Source of the DNA: Diadema antillarum
Taxonomy: Eukaryota
Assembly: GCF_040938485.1 (NCBI RefSeq)
Contig: NW_027271996.1
Coordinates: 434,001-498,000, forward strand
Direction of reading: 5' to 3'
DNA: 64,000 nucleotides
A model generated the notes under the pieces. It was not told the DNA's origin, did not search any database, and saw only the letters and a program-made list of their open reading frames with translations. A program made the position numbers and the translations under genes. Numbering within the stretch: the first letter of the stretch is position 1; each line of letters starts with the position of its first letter. Below, one piece after another: positions 37,850 through 50,094 of the stretch.

Positions 37850-37885
<36 letters not shown>

Positions 37886-37886
37886 C
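37850..37886. repeat. (TA)n microsatellite
   Basis: Seen directly. Others at about 38470-38508 and 42917-42966. Confidence 0.95.
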
Positions 37887-38462
37887 TACTTCTACATCTT
37901 CACATTACCACTATTCGCCTCACCTCTGCCACCCCCCCCCCCCCAAAAAAAAAAAAAGAACTCGAAGGGAGTATGGCGCTGAATTTCTGAAAAAGAGAAG
38001 AGATGAATTGTCTATGAACATTAATCTGAACTAACGAGCTCTTGACATCATTATCTCTATCAACGTTTACCCTTGGCGCAAGTGATTGCCCGTACTTGGA
38101 CAGAAGAGGACGCTATTACGCTAGTCCCACTCTTCACGATGTACAGATTTTCCACCAGTTTAGGGCAAAATTGGTATACAGACAAGTGTTGGAAGAATCA
38201 ATAAATGATACTGTAAAATACATGAAATATTCAATATCGTTCGTGTTTCATATCCAAGTAAATTAACCTGTTTCACTCAAGTCCTGGTATTTGAAGGGGG
38301 TGCATTACTGCTCAAACTGGTACATGCTGAAAAAGAAAGATTACGATCCAATCCAACGTAGACCCTATACGTGTTCTTATAATCTGCACCGAAACAAAAG
38401 TCTCTTTGAATAGTTTAATTCAAAGGAAAGCGTGCTAAGTCTCCGAGTAAGGTGCACTTTGT

Positions 38463-38511
<49 letters not shown>

Positions 38512-39662
38512 CCTGGGACGGGGGGGGGGGGGGGGGAGGGGGTAATTGCCTGATACGGGTCTGACAAATGGAGGCTGTATACGGGATGAGTCTTTTCATT
38601 TACAGTTTAGGGGCCGCGGAATGTTTCACTGTGTGTGTGTGTATTTGTGAGCGCGCGCGCGCAGGGGAGGGGGTAGCGCTCGTGATTTGTTGGGTCAAGG
38701 GTCGATTCGCTCTTTCTGTACCTTACAAGCACCCCCACACACACGCGCACTTTTGTTTGTCGTGAACACCACAATGTATATTCATGACATATCATGTTTT
38801 GTTTGTAATTGATCGAAGCTACATTTACATCTGAATTTTGTCGTTCTGTAAATAAATTCAGTTCATTTAATCATATCCTACGTGGAAGTCGTTTTCGTTG
38901 TCCCATGAAAAAGCTGTTATCCTTCCAGTCATTTTTTTCTTTCTTGTTTTTTTTCTAATATTCTAAAAGAACTTCACCATGGTAATCAGTATATTCTCCC
39001 CAAACAAAGTCAATATAATCAAATATCATTACAAATACAACACTCCCTCTTGACCAAGGAGCGCAAAAAAGTACCTGACAATAATTATGACAGAATTCCT
39101 GGGAATAACAGCACTGTCGCTGTGAAGGTTGCACGGCACAACTTGCCATTACCATCCTGTGCAATACTTAGAACCTTGAACCTTGAAGTATTAATCCCTT
39201 TCAGCAGCTTCTTGGAACTATCCCGGGATGAGTACTGAGTATAATAGAGGCCCAACTCTGTAATATTAATTGTTCATGCCGATGAACATTACTGGAGAGC
39301 AAAGAACATTACATTTCTTCCTAGAATAAGTTGGAATACGATGAAAATAGATTATAGAAATAACTTAACAAACGTAGATGCGTTCCAACTGCCACTGGTG
39401 TTTATCATAATCATCCTCTTCCGATCAGTGTAACCTAATCACCGGAAGACGAGCAGGGTCAACTTCTAGACAAACGACTTTACTTCGAAACTTCATCTAA
39501 AAAATGCTCTTAACTTGAAAGCAAACAAGAGCACTTAGGACCTACATTCAGAATTGCACTTTGCTATAGTTCTAGAATGTCTAGAGATCGACTTTGATAG
39601 GATTGATACTAAGTTGAAAAAAAGTAAAGATAATCAACTACTCATTTGTTTTAATGAATATG

Positions 39663-40751
39663 CTACGAATACCTACAACAATTAAGTTCGGAGCAACGTC
39701 TTATTATGAGTTTGATGATTAGAAATATGACGAGCACATATAGGAGGTGCCAGGCAAACATCGTCGTCAGCATCATGATGCTCTCAGTTCCGGCCGGTTT
39801 CCATGGCGACGGTGAGTTTTTATCTTGCCATGGATTATAAAGGACGAATGCAATCTGCCAAAACCACGTGCCCTGAAGAGTCGTGGCACCTACCCATAGA
39901 CGCCGAACGGACGGGAAGGAGGGGTGATAGCACCACGGCTCCAGGCCCGAGCCGATAGCGCACAGCAAGATGGCGCCAACTAACAGCGAGTGGATGTGCA
40001 CGTCCAGGTCGTCGCGGCCGCCGGTGTGAAAGTGGAACAGGAGAGCCTCGATCCAGAACGCCAGGGAAAGAAAAATCTTCTCGCAGTTTAAAGTTGAATT
40101 CTGACGAACGCATGTCTGCAAAGTGATATCCGCCACGCCGCTCACGGCAAAGAACATAAACATGGTGGCGTGCTGCCAGTTGTTGGCGTTGGTGAACTCG
40201 CCCGTTCTCGGGCTGAACATGTACCATCCTCCCCACCAGAGTTCGCCCAGGGCGCCGATGACAGCGCACATGATCTTCAGGACGCCTTCGATCACCGTGA
40301 CATTCGTATAGATATCTCTCAATTTCATACAATTCCTTGCATGATTGACGGATATGTCTCGGAAACTATTCCTTTTGTCCTCACCTGCGGAATCCTGATC
40401 GTCAGCTCTCTCGGCAGGATCTTCGTGTTGTTCATCAAGGTCGTCTGCGCTAGACTTCTGCGAGAGCGCGAAGTGTTTCGCGGGATCGCGCGAATACAAC
40501 GTGGTCTCATCTTCGGCGGATTCAAAATCGAAACTCTCCCACGAACCATTTTCTTCACTAAGAGCCAAATAGGTTTGTCCGTGGTGAAGTTCCCTTTGAT
40601 CTCGTGTGTCGGGACAACCAGTTCTCGAATGATTCGGTGAACGTCTTCTCTCACGTACCGCTATGGTACTGAACGCATCACGTACCATATAGAACAGCCC
40701 GTAGATAAAGAAAAACGTTCCGGGTAGAATATGCCCTAGAAATGTACCCAT
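39663..40751 (-). CDS. TMEM45B: Transmembrane protein 45-like (DUF716 family), 362 aa, intronless CDS
   Basis: Motifs MGTFLGHILPGTFF, NWQHATMFMFFAVSGVAD, EALLFHFH, DVHIHSLL, LQGTWFWQIAFVLY and FAWHL match the TMEM45A/B family. Splice acceptor (CAG) lies 1 nt upstream of the ATG. The A versus B assignment is not resolvable. Confidence 0.92.
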   Translation of the reverse strand: MGTFLGHILPGTFFFIYGLFYMVRDAFSTIAVRERRRSPNHSRTGCPDTRDQRELHHGQTYLALSEENGSWESFDFESAEDETTLYSRDPAKHFALSQKSSADDLDEQHEDPAERADDQDSAGEDKRNSFRDISVNHARNCMKLRDIYTNVTVIEGVLKIMCAVIGALGELWWGGWYMFSPRTGEFTNANNWQHATMFMFFAVSGVADITLQTCVRQNSTLNCEKIFLSLAFWIEALLFHFHTGGRDDLDVHIHSLLVGAILLCAIGSGLEPWCYHPSFPSVRRLWVGATTLQGTWFWQIAFVLYNPWQDKNSPSPWKPAGTESIMMLTTMFAWHLLYVLVIFLIIKLIIRRCSELNCCRYS

Positions 40752-42404
40752 TCTGAGTGTAAGAATCCTGTATCAGATGCACGTTTTCAAGCTTGCACTT
40801 TCATCTGGCTTTGCATACAGCGAGCAGAGTGAACTTTTCACGTGATCCTCCACGTCTACGGAATGTCAGTCCAGAAAGTAGATCCTGATTTGAGAACAAC
40901 TTCCTCCTTCATGCCTAAGATATAGAACGCCACTAAACAGAAAAGTTATAATCACGTGTTTTCTATATTAACAAAAAAATGAAGATGTGTTGCTGCACAA
41001 ATACAATGTAAATTGCCCGCTGCTGTAGCCTACACCAAAGTGTCAAAAAAGCATGAACGGAAACGTAAAAATTACTTTAATGTATCACAACACAAAGTAC
41101 GGCGGCGAGCGAACCTGACAGAAGTTCTTTCGTTGCACAATGTGTTCCAGTATGCACAACAATTTATGTTTCACACACACAAGTTCCGTGATCTGCTGCA
41201 GAGTCACAACAAATCGCAATGTGACACGATATATCCACACCAAATTGACTGCACAAATTAAAGGATATCCGATCACATCCGACTGCAAGGAGGAAAATTT
41301 GGCCACATTCAGCGGAATATGTTGTCAGCTGAAGTCCATTACGATTCCAAGCCTCACACCAACTAATTATGAATACAAAACCGTAGAGACCAACGCTAGT
41401 TGAAATGAAAGGCTTGAAAATTCTTTGCAACGAGTATATTTCCCCCAACTGGTTTAACGAAAAATTTCGTTGGTGCTGAAATCGATAACGCGCAACACGG
41501 TGAAGGGATCGTAGATCAATTGTTCTATTTGTCCTGACCCAGCTGTTAATGATTGTCGAAAAACGAAGCGATAACAGCACGCCCGGCAGAGCATAAAGTA
41601 AATATTGCGTGCGATTCGAGTAATTGGATTCATTTTGGCGCCCATTCCAATTAAATAGGGAGGTTCACTTCTCTATTGACATGAGAGCATGCGATATGTA
41701 GGTCCCATGGTTTTTCATAATGAAGTGGTGCTCATAATTGTATATTAACGGTCTCATTACCCTAGTTCGGTACAAGCTCTGCTATATAGGCTACCAGAAG
41801 ACAATGACCGCTTCAGTTGTGATCGTTCAGCGACCATTATATTAGGACTGGCTCTTAGGGCCGACAGTGAATATCGGACATTTATTTTTAACCCCCATTC
41901 ATGGACCGAGTTGCAAACTCAGCCAAACAGTACTTAACGGTAAATTAAACGGGTATAATAGCTATCTGCATGCTATTAACGCTAGTGGCACACAAAAACC
42001 CCACAGCAATGTACACACTGTCCACTGGAAGTTCCTGACACTGAACGGGTTAGATATTTCCACACCATTCAGAATAATACGCTGAGGTAATCTTTGCGAT
42101 TAGGTATGCCGCATCGGGAAAGGTAATATAATTATTGTGATACATATGTCGCACACAGCATTGTTAGCCGGTAAAACTCTACAAAGAATGCACTTAATAG
42201 TTAACAGGTAGACCTACTCCGATACAGTTAATAGGCTGATTACAGCTGGACGGTGAAGTCTCTTTCAACGCCCTGTTACAGCAAGAAAACAGATGGCATA
42301 ATGCTGACACTCTCCGCCAACCTATTACTATTGTGTAGGATAAACGATTTCAAGGCAATCTAAATCTCAACACCCCGACAAAATCATTAACGATCAACCG
42401 ACTA

Positions 42405-42650
42405 TTGTGTATGTCGAATATTTCGCGAGGTTTTTATTGTCGCGAATTTCGCGAGGCGCGTGCTATTCGCGAATTTAAAAACACGCGAAAAAAAAAAAAT
42501 TACCCTGATCCCGGCATGAATGTGAAGTGCACGCATACATTTTACACCGTACATACCGCGCTGCACGATCGCGATTTTAACCACTCGCGAAATCATCGGG
42601 AAGTTCCGATTCGCGAAAAATTAGACTCGCTGAATATGTTCGGCGTACAG
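42405..42650. mobile_element. Tc1/mariner-like MITE rich in TCGCGA motifs
   Basis: Imperfect TIR TGTATGTCGAATATTTCGCGAG / CTCGCTGAATATGTTCGGCGTACAG. A relative with a TA TSD lies at 55624-55827. Confidence 0.6.
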
Positions 42651-42913
42651 ATATCAGTATTCGGTTAAACAAACACATGTACAAACCGCTTGATATGTAT
42701 TACGTGTATATGATATCTATAACAAGAATGCTTGCAGAGCTTCATCATTCTTGGCAAAGATAACTCTATGAACTGACATAACTTGAATGTTATTTCCATT
42801 TCCATGACAAATTCTGAAAATTATAACAAAATAGTGCAATAAAAATAAACAATTCAACCTTCCACTGTACCCACTTTCCGTGTGATTACATCTCCCTTCT
42901 CTCTCTCTTTCTC

Positions 42914-42965
<52 letters not shown>

Positions 42966-43125
42966 ATTGTGTATATGTGTATCATATATTCATCTATTTT
43001 TCTCTACATCTCCATAACTATATAGCTATCTGTCTAGCTATCTATCTTTTATGATCAAAGAGACACATAGAAGAACAAACATAAATTCAGTTGTATTCAT
43101 TTACTTATATGTATTCATACATATG

Positions 43126-45976
43126 CAGAGCTGCCAACCTTTGGAAGCACAAATCCGGACTCAGCAGCTCCAAAATCCGTATTTTTCCACCAGAATCCGT
43201 AATTTTTCCATCTCCCTCTTTTTGCTATTTTGAATTAAACTCGTCGACATATGAGGCCTACAGGCTCTAAACAAAACATTACGACACATGCCGAAGTATC
43301 GAGCTGGACACCAGCACGATAAAGAATCCAAGCTACGCAATGTTCAGCGTTGATTGATTGCTTTCTCGCGCAATGCATGTGTACAAGTGCATGTATGTAC
43401 CTCCAGAAACTTGCTGGGCTGGTTATGGAAGCTTCCACTATCTAGCAGGGGAGGGGGGATGCTTTCATCTTCTCAAGAAAGCTTCTGTGTGAGCGAATGC
43501 AAAACTCTCTTCGGTGTTTCCAACTATTGTTTACTATAAAACATAATTGTGTGTTGTTTTCAGGCTTTATCATTTTACTGGATTTTAAACATCAGTATTT
43601 TCCGATGTATTCCAATTTCTTTTACCCTGACTGGAATCGGAAACTCTGCTATAGATGATCGCAAAAATGCCGCGCTGTGTGTGGCTGCGCCAATGTGCAA
43701 ACACGTGGTTTCACTTTCAAGTTTAAAGGAAAGACCCATGTGCTCCTGCCTAAGAGGTTACTGCAAGTTCGATGGATCGAATGCGCCATAGCTGAGCTGA
43801 ATGACTTGTTTACGGTAAACATGGAGTTTAAATTCGATACGAAAAAGTCATTACGTCTTTCACGAGGAAAAACATACAAAACAAACAAAAAAAAAAAACA
43901 CCTACGAACGAATGTTGATAGCCAAAACTTTGAAAAGTAATAAGCAGTTATGATGAGCGTGAACTGAAATTAATTGTCATGATTTTGCTGTCTAACCAGG
44001 TGATGACTGCATCTCATTGGACCTAATCGTAGTGAATTTGTCTGGGCATACGAGATCTTCTAAGTATTTCCGTGATTGCATTTTTAATTGACTGATTAAT
44101 CGATCCTTTTTTATTGTTCAGGGAACATAAGATATTCGATTAAGTACAATATATTCGACTGTTTGATGTTTCCTACTATGCGCCAAAAGAAAGGATATAG
44201 AATCATGATATCTTTGCAATGATTCCTTTAATTCAACTAATGAGCTGGTTCTTCGATCGATATTTCCAGGATACTAACACGCTGTTTATTCCAGTGCGCG
44301 CATTCTTTCGTCTGGCACGCACCTGGGTGTGGCACCTGTTTTTGTGGAAATTTCCACAAGGGGAGAGGCCGGGTGGGTGTCAAGTTTCTTCGAGCCGAAG
44401 AGACTGCGTGTATTCAGTATTTCACAATCTCTTCGCTCTAATTTATTGTCATTCGTGCTTTCCCCTTATTCTTTGCTGATACTGAACATTTAGATTTAAC
44501 TTTACGAAGGTTGTGGATCGTGAATCTTTTTGTTGTGAGGTGTATGTAATTTCTTTTTTTATCATTCTTTGGAGGGGAAAGAAGAGTAAGGGGGAAAGAA
44601 GAATAAGACTAAAGAGGGAAGTGAAATAAAACGAACGGCACGTACGCTCAGCATTCACAGTAGACGTCTTTTTGTACCAGCATACGGTTTTCATCATCAC
44701 CATCAGACATCACTCATATCATTTTAGCCTTTTCCTATTAACATTAAGAAACACGCATAGTCCCTCGATATAAACACCGAGGAAAATAAATAAGTATAAC
44801 AAATACAAAGTATCAACACCTCCCAACAACACAAATATTTAGAAAAGATAACACACGTCGCTTCGATTCGAAAAAGTATAGCACGAAAGCGGAGAAATCG
44901 CCGTTACGAAAATAACAGTGCGAGACACTTGAAAGAATTACGTTTAAATATTTCAAAGCATAAAGAGAACGGATAAAGTGATATGAAATGGAAGAAATCG
45001 TACCAAACGAGGTGTGAGAAACAACAGAAATAGAACGATAAGTTTTGTAGTAAGATTTATAGGCCCTAGCAAAAGTCTGCAGCACCGAAAGCTACGCGAA
45101 AATCAAATAGATCTACACATTGGAAATTCGGTATTACGACGAGATCCTTGAGATCGTCAATAAACGATACAAAACAAGGGAAATTAATTCACTTTGACCT
45201 GAAAATAGTTTGTTATAAGTATTTTGTTACATGAGATCTCCTTTTATAGGCCTAGAAATACATCGAGTTTCCACGATACTCGGGGAAAGAAAGTTCGAAC
45301 GCTTTTCATCTGCACATACTGCAGTGCACATCATCAGTACACGAACAGAAACTCACCTCTTCCTTGCAGAAAAATGATGCAATAACGTTACAAAAAACAC
45401 ACACAACACTCTAAAAATCATTTCGTACTTGGGAGGCAAGGGAAAAACGGAAGAAGTAGAGAAAAAGAAGCAGACATTGCACAACGGAGCGCTTCTACCC
45501 CGACTGAAAACGAAATAGGGTACTGTCTAGAGTGGCAGCTGGCTACAGTGTGTAGCTAAGCTAAGTACTCGCGCTCCGGTCCCCAGCCGGCCGGCCACAC
45601 ATGGGGATCCCATGGCGATCGATGGAAACATCCAGGGTCCGTAGGTGACAGGGATTCACGCGCGCGAATTTCCGTTCGGTGTACACAGTACGCAAGCAGC
45701 GAATTGCGTGTGCGCACACTTTTCTATAATGGAAGCTACGAAAACACACGTCGAGTACACAGACACCGACACACACAAATGCGGGCAACCAGGCAATGAA
45801 GAATGAATGAAACATGTACAGTGTGTAGTCTGCTAGTATATTGCAGTTGCTGCATAGGCGATAGGGCATTATCGGAATTTCCAAAAACCGTAATTTTGAG
45901 GCGACATTCCGTACTCCCGTAATCGTGATCATTTCCCGTAACAATTACGGGAAATCCGTAATAGTTGGCAGCTCTG
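43126..45976. mobile_element. 2.85-kb hAT-like TIR element, no intact transposase
   Basis: Perfect 13-bp TIR CAGAGCTGCCAAC / GTTGGCAGCTCTG, subterminal TCCGTA/TACGGA-type repeats at both ends, and CATATG on both flanks. Confidence 0.7.
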
Positions 45977-47150
45977 CATATGCCCTTTCATCAAATCAAA
46001 TTACACGCAATGTGACTTCAATGCTCAGTAGCTTTGATAGCACAACAAAATCAGTAAGCAGAAAGAAGTCAGAAGGATTATGGCTCAGCTAACATACACG
46101 TGACACGTACGGTTTATTTTAGGAGGATTGTTTTCAGACCATATTCATAAGTACTTGTCAATCTCACATCTGTTGTCAAAGTTTGGTGGCAATCACCAGT
46201 CTGCTACAGATGACGCACTGTACTGTTTAGAGCATCCTGTTATAAACAGGAGTGTGATAGTACTTGAAGGAAAAAACAATAAGAAAATATCTTAAACTTT
46301 ATGAAAAAAAAAAGTCCGAAGTACATTAAACTGTGAACATCAAAATGCATCTGAATTGCCATAAGGTCTCAAAAGTGGGTTTTGGGCAGAGTAAAAAAAA
46401 AATCTGAAATCAGATAATCTGAAATCAGATTAATCTTTGGAGTAGGGTGCAATGCACACAGAAGTGACAAGCAGGGGTGAAAGAACAGCACCAATGTTGG
46501 CTTGTTAAGGTGTACTGTATGTTAACTGTGTTGACAATACTAATTGATTTGATTTACAAATGTTATGAGGCTCACTATGAACAAACAAGGAGATTTTCCT
46601 CGATTATTCTGACCCAAAATATAAAACTTTAGCTTTGGTTATTCAATCCATATACATCTAGAATCATACAGGTATATTTGCATATTCTGCACCCTTTTAA
46701 AGACAAGCTTTTGGGTGATTTTACTGCAGAAATCTTTATCAGAAACTCATCAAATTGGCAACTCTTGATGATATTGAATTTTGATGAATTTTATTTGAAT
46801 TTTACTGCATATCCTGTACTGCAGTATAGGATTAGATGGACCTGGTTGAGTGCTTTAAATCTGCACAAAATAAAGGATCAAAATTCATACTGAAACAGTA
46901 ATTTCAATCTTTTACCACCACATGCCAATTCAGATATCAGTTACGAGCAGGGATACAAATGCTTTTAACAATTCTCCGGTGAAAACAAACAATGGTAGTT
47001 GACTACAGTAAGGCTCAAAAGAAAGGGAAGTTTTAATTCTATCTCATGAAATACTAGCAAAGGACGACAAAAATGATGATAAAAATATACATGAAACCAC
47101 AGAATAGGAGTTTCTTGGACTCCAAGGTTAAACAAACAATACTACGGTTT

Positions 47151-47696
47151 AGCCCTTTTTACACTTGTGCTTCTTAACCCTGTACTTTCTCTGACCCAGG
47201 ACTATCCTTACTCCCGTACCAATTTTTTCAGCTTTTTACACTCGCCAATAAATCCCGTACTAGGCTCTTGTCCTGGGCTAAAGAGAAAACTGACCTTTTA
47301 CACTCGTATTTCTTAGTCCCATACTTTCCAAACCACATGAACATTCATGATTACGCTGTGCACTGTACAAGTACATGCACGCACCGGCAGCAATTGATTA
47401 CCTCATTTCTGACTTCGTCTCCGTCGCTTAGCCCCGGATTATTTCTTCGTTCTGTTTACACTCGCTTGATTGGCACCGCAAATTGCGGGGATAGCACCGC
47501 AATTGCGGTTCTAACCCTGCTTTTTTTCAGGGCCAGATAGTGCGGGATTATCGGTGGGGCTAGCCCACTTTGGCAAAAACAAATGTAACAGAAAGTGGGC
47601 TAAGGAAAGTCCGGTACCAACGGTGGGGCTAAGGCCCCCCCTTAGCCCCACTGTTGGTGCAGGACTAGGTAAAAACTTGCAAGTGTAAAAAGCCCT
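47151..47696. mobile_element. Harbinger-like MITE
   Basis: TIR AGCCCTTTTTACACTTG / CAAGTGTAAAAAGCCCT. A truncated homolog lies at 18033-18400. Confidence 0.7.
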
Positions 47697-48648
47697 TTTG
47701 ATACTGTATTCAGCCACTGAGAATTCAAAAACCCTATGGTGTTGTGGATTATTATCTAGATATGCTTTTCAATACAGCTATGAAATGTCAACCACATGTG
47801 TGACATCAACCATGGCAAGCCATTTTATGTGACATACCATACATGACCTAACACAGACTCTTGAGTCCTAGTTTCTCATATGCATCTTTTGTTCATGTTC
47901 ATTTGATTGGCAAAATGGTAAACGGGTTATACCTGCAAAAGTAATAACCAGGTGAAAATGGTATGGGATCCACCGGGGGTCAGCCTAGCCGAAAATGCTA
48001 CAAATTTTAAACCCCCTCCACATCCCCCCCCCCCCCAAAAAAAAAACAGAAGATAAAAATGAAGAAATATATCAATTTTCCTTAATGGGTCTTACATAAA
48101 TTCATCAATGTCCTGTGCTTTCTTTAATACTGAAAGAGGAACAGCTGAAATCGGCTGAAAAGGTAGAGCGGACATAGAGCACCCTTAAACTGACACAACA
48201 GATGATGAACCTGGACAAGAAAGCATCACTGAAACACCTATCATCTCAGATGATGAATTCTGGAGCAAGATGAAGAACTGTGTGCTGCCTGGTGACTAAG
48301 AGAGATATCCAATCTCTGTTACCATGGCCCTACCAGCCACACCCACCAACAATGACCAGCCAGACTTTCATTTCCATGCAAAGGGGCGTATGTACAAAAT
48401 TACCATGTACAGCGTAAATGATAATTGGTAACCTTTTCAGCAAGGTTGACCCCCGCTGACTTCCCAACTAAAAGAAAAAGACTTTCATTGGCAGAGTTCA
48501 TAAGTCTGTTTCAAGTTCTCGCTATAAATACACTTGTACTTGTGCTATCAAGTTAATATTCAACAGTTGTAAGTGACTGCTTGTGCTCTTACACAACTTG
48601 CGATGTGGGTAATTGCCCTATCTCACACCACCGTCCACACTCCCAATA

Positions 48649-48807
48649 CAGTGGCGGATCCAGAGGGGGGCGCAGGAGGCGCACGCCCCCTCCTTTATTT
48701 ATCGGTAAAAACAAAAGAAATAAAAAGAAAAAAATGAAATGAAACCCGGAAGTGGCTCCAAAAATAATAGTTACCCCCCCTTTACAGAATTCCTGGATCC
48801 GCCCCTG
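48649..48807. mobile_element. hAT-like MITE with 5-bp TSD
   Basis: CAATA|CAGTGGCGGATCCAG ... CTGGATCCGCCCCTG|CAATA. Confidence 0.75.
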
Positions 48808-49128
48808 CAATATTTGTGCCATACTCCAACAACAGCACACTTATTGACCACAGGTCTTGCACACTTCTACAGAAAAATAGTACAAAGGTGTACTACACAC
48901 TGTACATGAAAGCTACTTTGTATAACACGTGATGGCAGCCCACTGAACGGATCTCTTGCGCCCCTGGAAAAAAAAAATGCTTCCCTGCAAAAAAATTGAG
49001 AGGACCACATCCCACTTTAACCCTCTTGCCTTCCAGACAGTGTTATTCCCCCTTGACTTTATACACGCCTCAGTTGCTTCCCATAATAAATTGCTTAATG
49101 AACAAGCAATGATGAGAGGTAATTTTAA

Positions 49129-49510
49129 AGGGATGGTACAGTATTGGTGGAGACGAGAATTGGGCTTTTAACTTTTTGCGAGATACCAAGAGAACACTTA
49201 TAATATAGTACAGAGCATACCATTTTAAGAGTAATTCAAAGTTTATTTGATGAAAATTGGGTATGGAATGACTGAAACATCCAAAACCAAAGTAAAACAA
49301 AGCGATGGTAATAAAGTGTGAGTCCCACACTTCATTAGAATCGCTCTTTTTTGGATATCTCAGCCATTTCAAAACCAATTTTCATCAAGTAAACGTTGAA
49401 TTCCTCATAGAATTACATGCTTTTTCATATTTCATAAGAGGTTTCTCATTATCTCACAAAAAAATGTTAGAAACCTGAAATTAGGTCTCAACCAAAATTA
49501 TACGATCCCT
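49129..49510. mobile_element. Kolobok-like family with three copies in the window
   Basis: TTAA|AGGGATGGTACAG ... TACGATCCCT|TTAA. Homologous copies at about 14837-15175 and 30216-30600 share the internal GATGAAAATTGGTTTT(A/G)AAATGGCTGAGAT motif (present on either strand). Confidence 0.75.
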
Positions 49511-49858
49511 TTAAGAAGAAAAAGGAAAGGACCCTGTAATAGATGCGAGTGTTTCGTTTTCATGATGCAGCGTCTAATGATGTTTACTTGCGGTACAGTG
49601 TACACTGGATGCTTTAGAGTGTTGACTTTGATGACCATCTACAATATGCTTTTCTGTTTATCAGCCAATGTAATGATCTTCACTGATGTCCTTACATCAT
49701 CCTGTGTGGCAGAGTCTTGCAATCATATTTCTTCACAAATTATATCAAGCAACCAAAATAAAATTCAACATGCATAAGCAATAAATATCAACACTGTTTG
49801 GGTGCAGGTTGTATACTGTAGTATCTGTAACAAAATACTTTGAATTTGACTATTATAA

Positions 49859-50033
49859 CAGGGCTGCACACTAAACCATTTCTTCTACTGGTCCAACCTG
49901 TCTGTCAAACCAGTAGATACCCTTTTTATTCATTTTATACAGGTAAATTCCTGAAAAGTTACCGGTCCGACAGTGATTTTTACTGGTCAGGGACCGTCAG
50001 ACCAGCGCCAGTGTGCAGCATAGCTTATAATCA
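49859..50033. mobile_element. hAT-like MITE with apparent 7-bp TSD
   Basis: ATTATAA|CAGGGCTGCACAC ... GTGTGCAGCATAG|CTTATAA. Confidence 0.65.
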
Positions 50034-50047
50034 GAAGCATTTGAAAC

Positions 50048-50092
<45 letters not shown>
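50048..50092. repeat. Poly-C tract (~45 nt)
   Basis: Seen directly. Confidence 0.95.

Positions 50093-50094
<2 letters not shown>

Noticed and set aside
38042-38266. 74-aa ORF with GC-richer composition
   Set aside because: No splice-supported partners or recognisable motif.
39835-40654. ORFs of 165, 156, 109 and 62 aa overlapping TMEM45 in other frames or on the opposite strand
   Set aside because: Shadow ORFs expected from a GC-rich coding sequence; no recognisable motifs.
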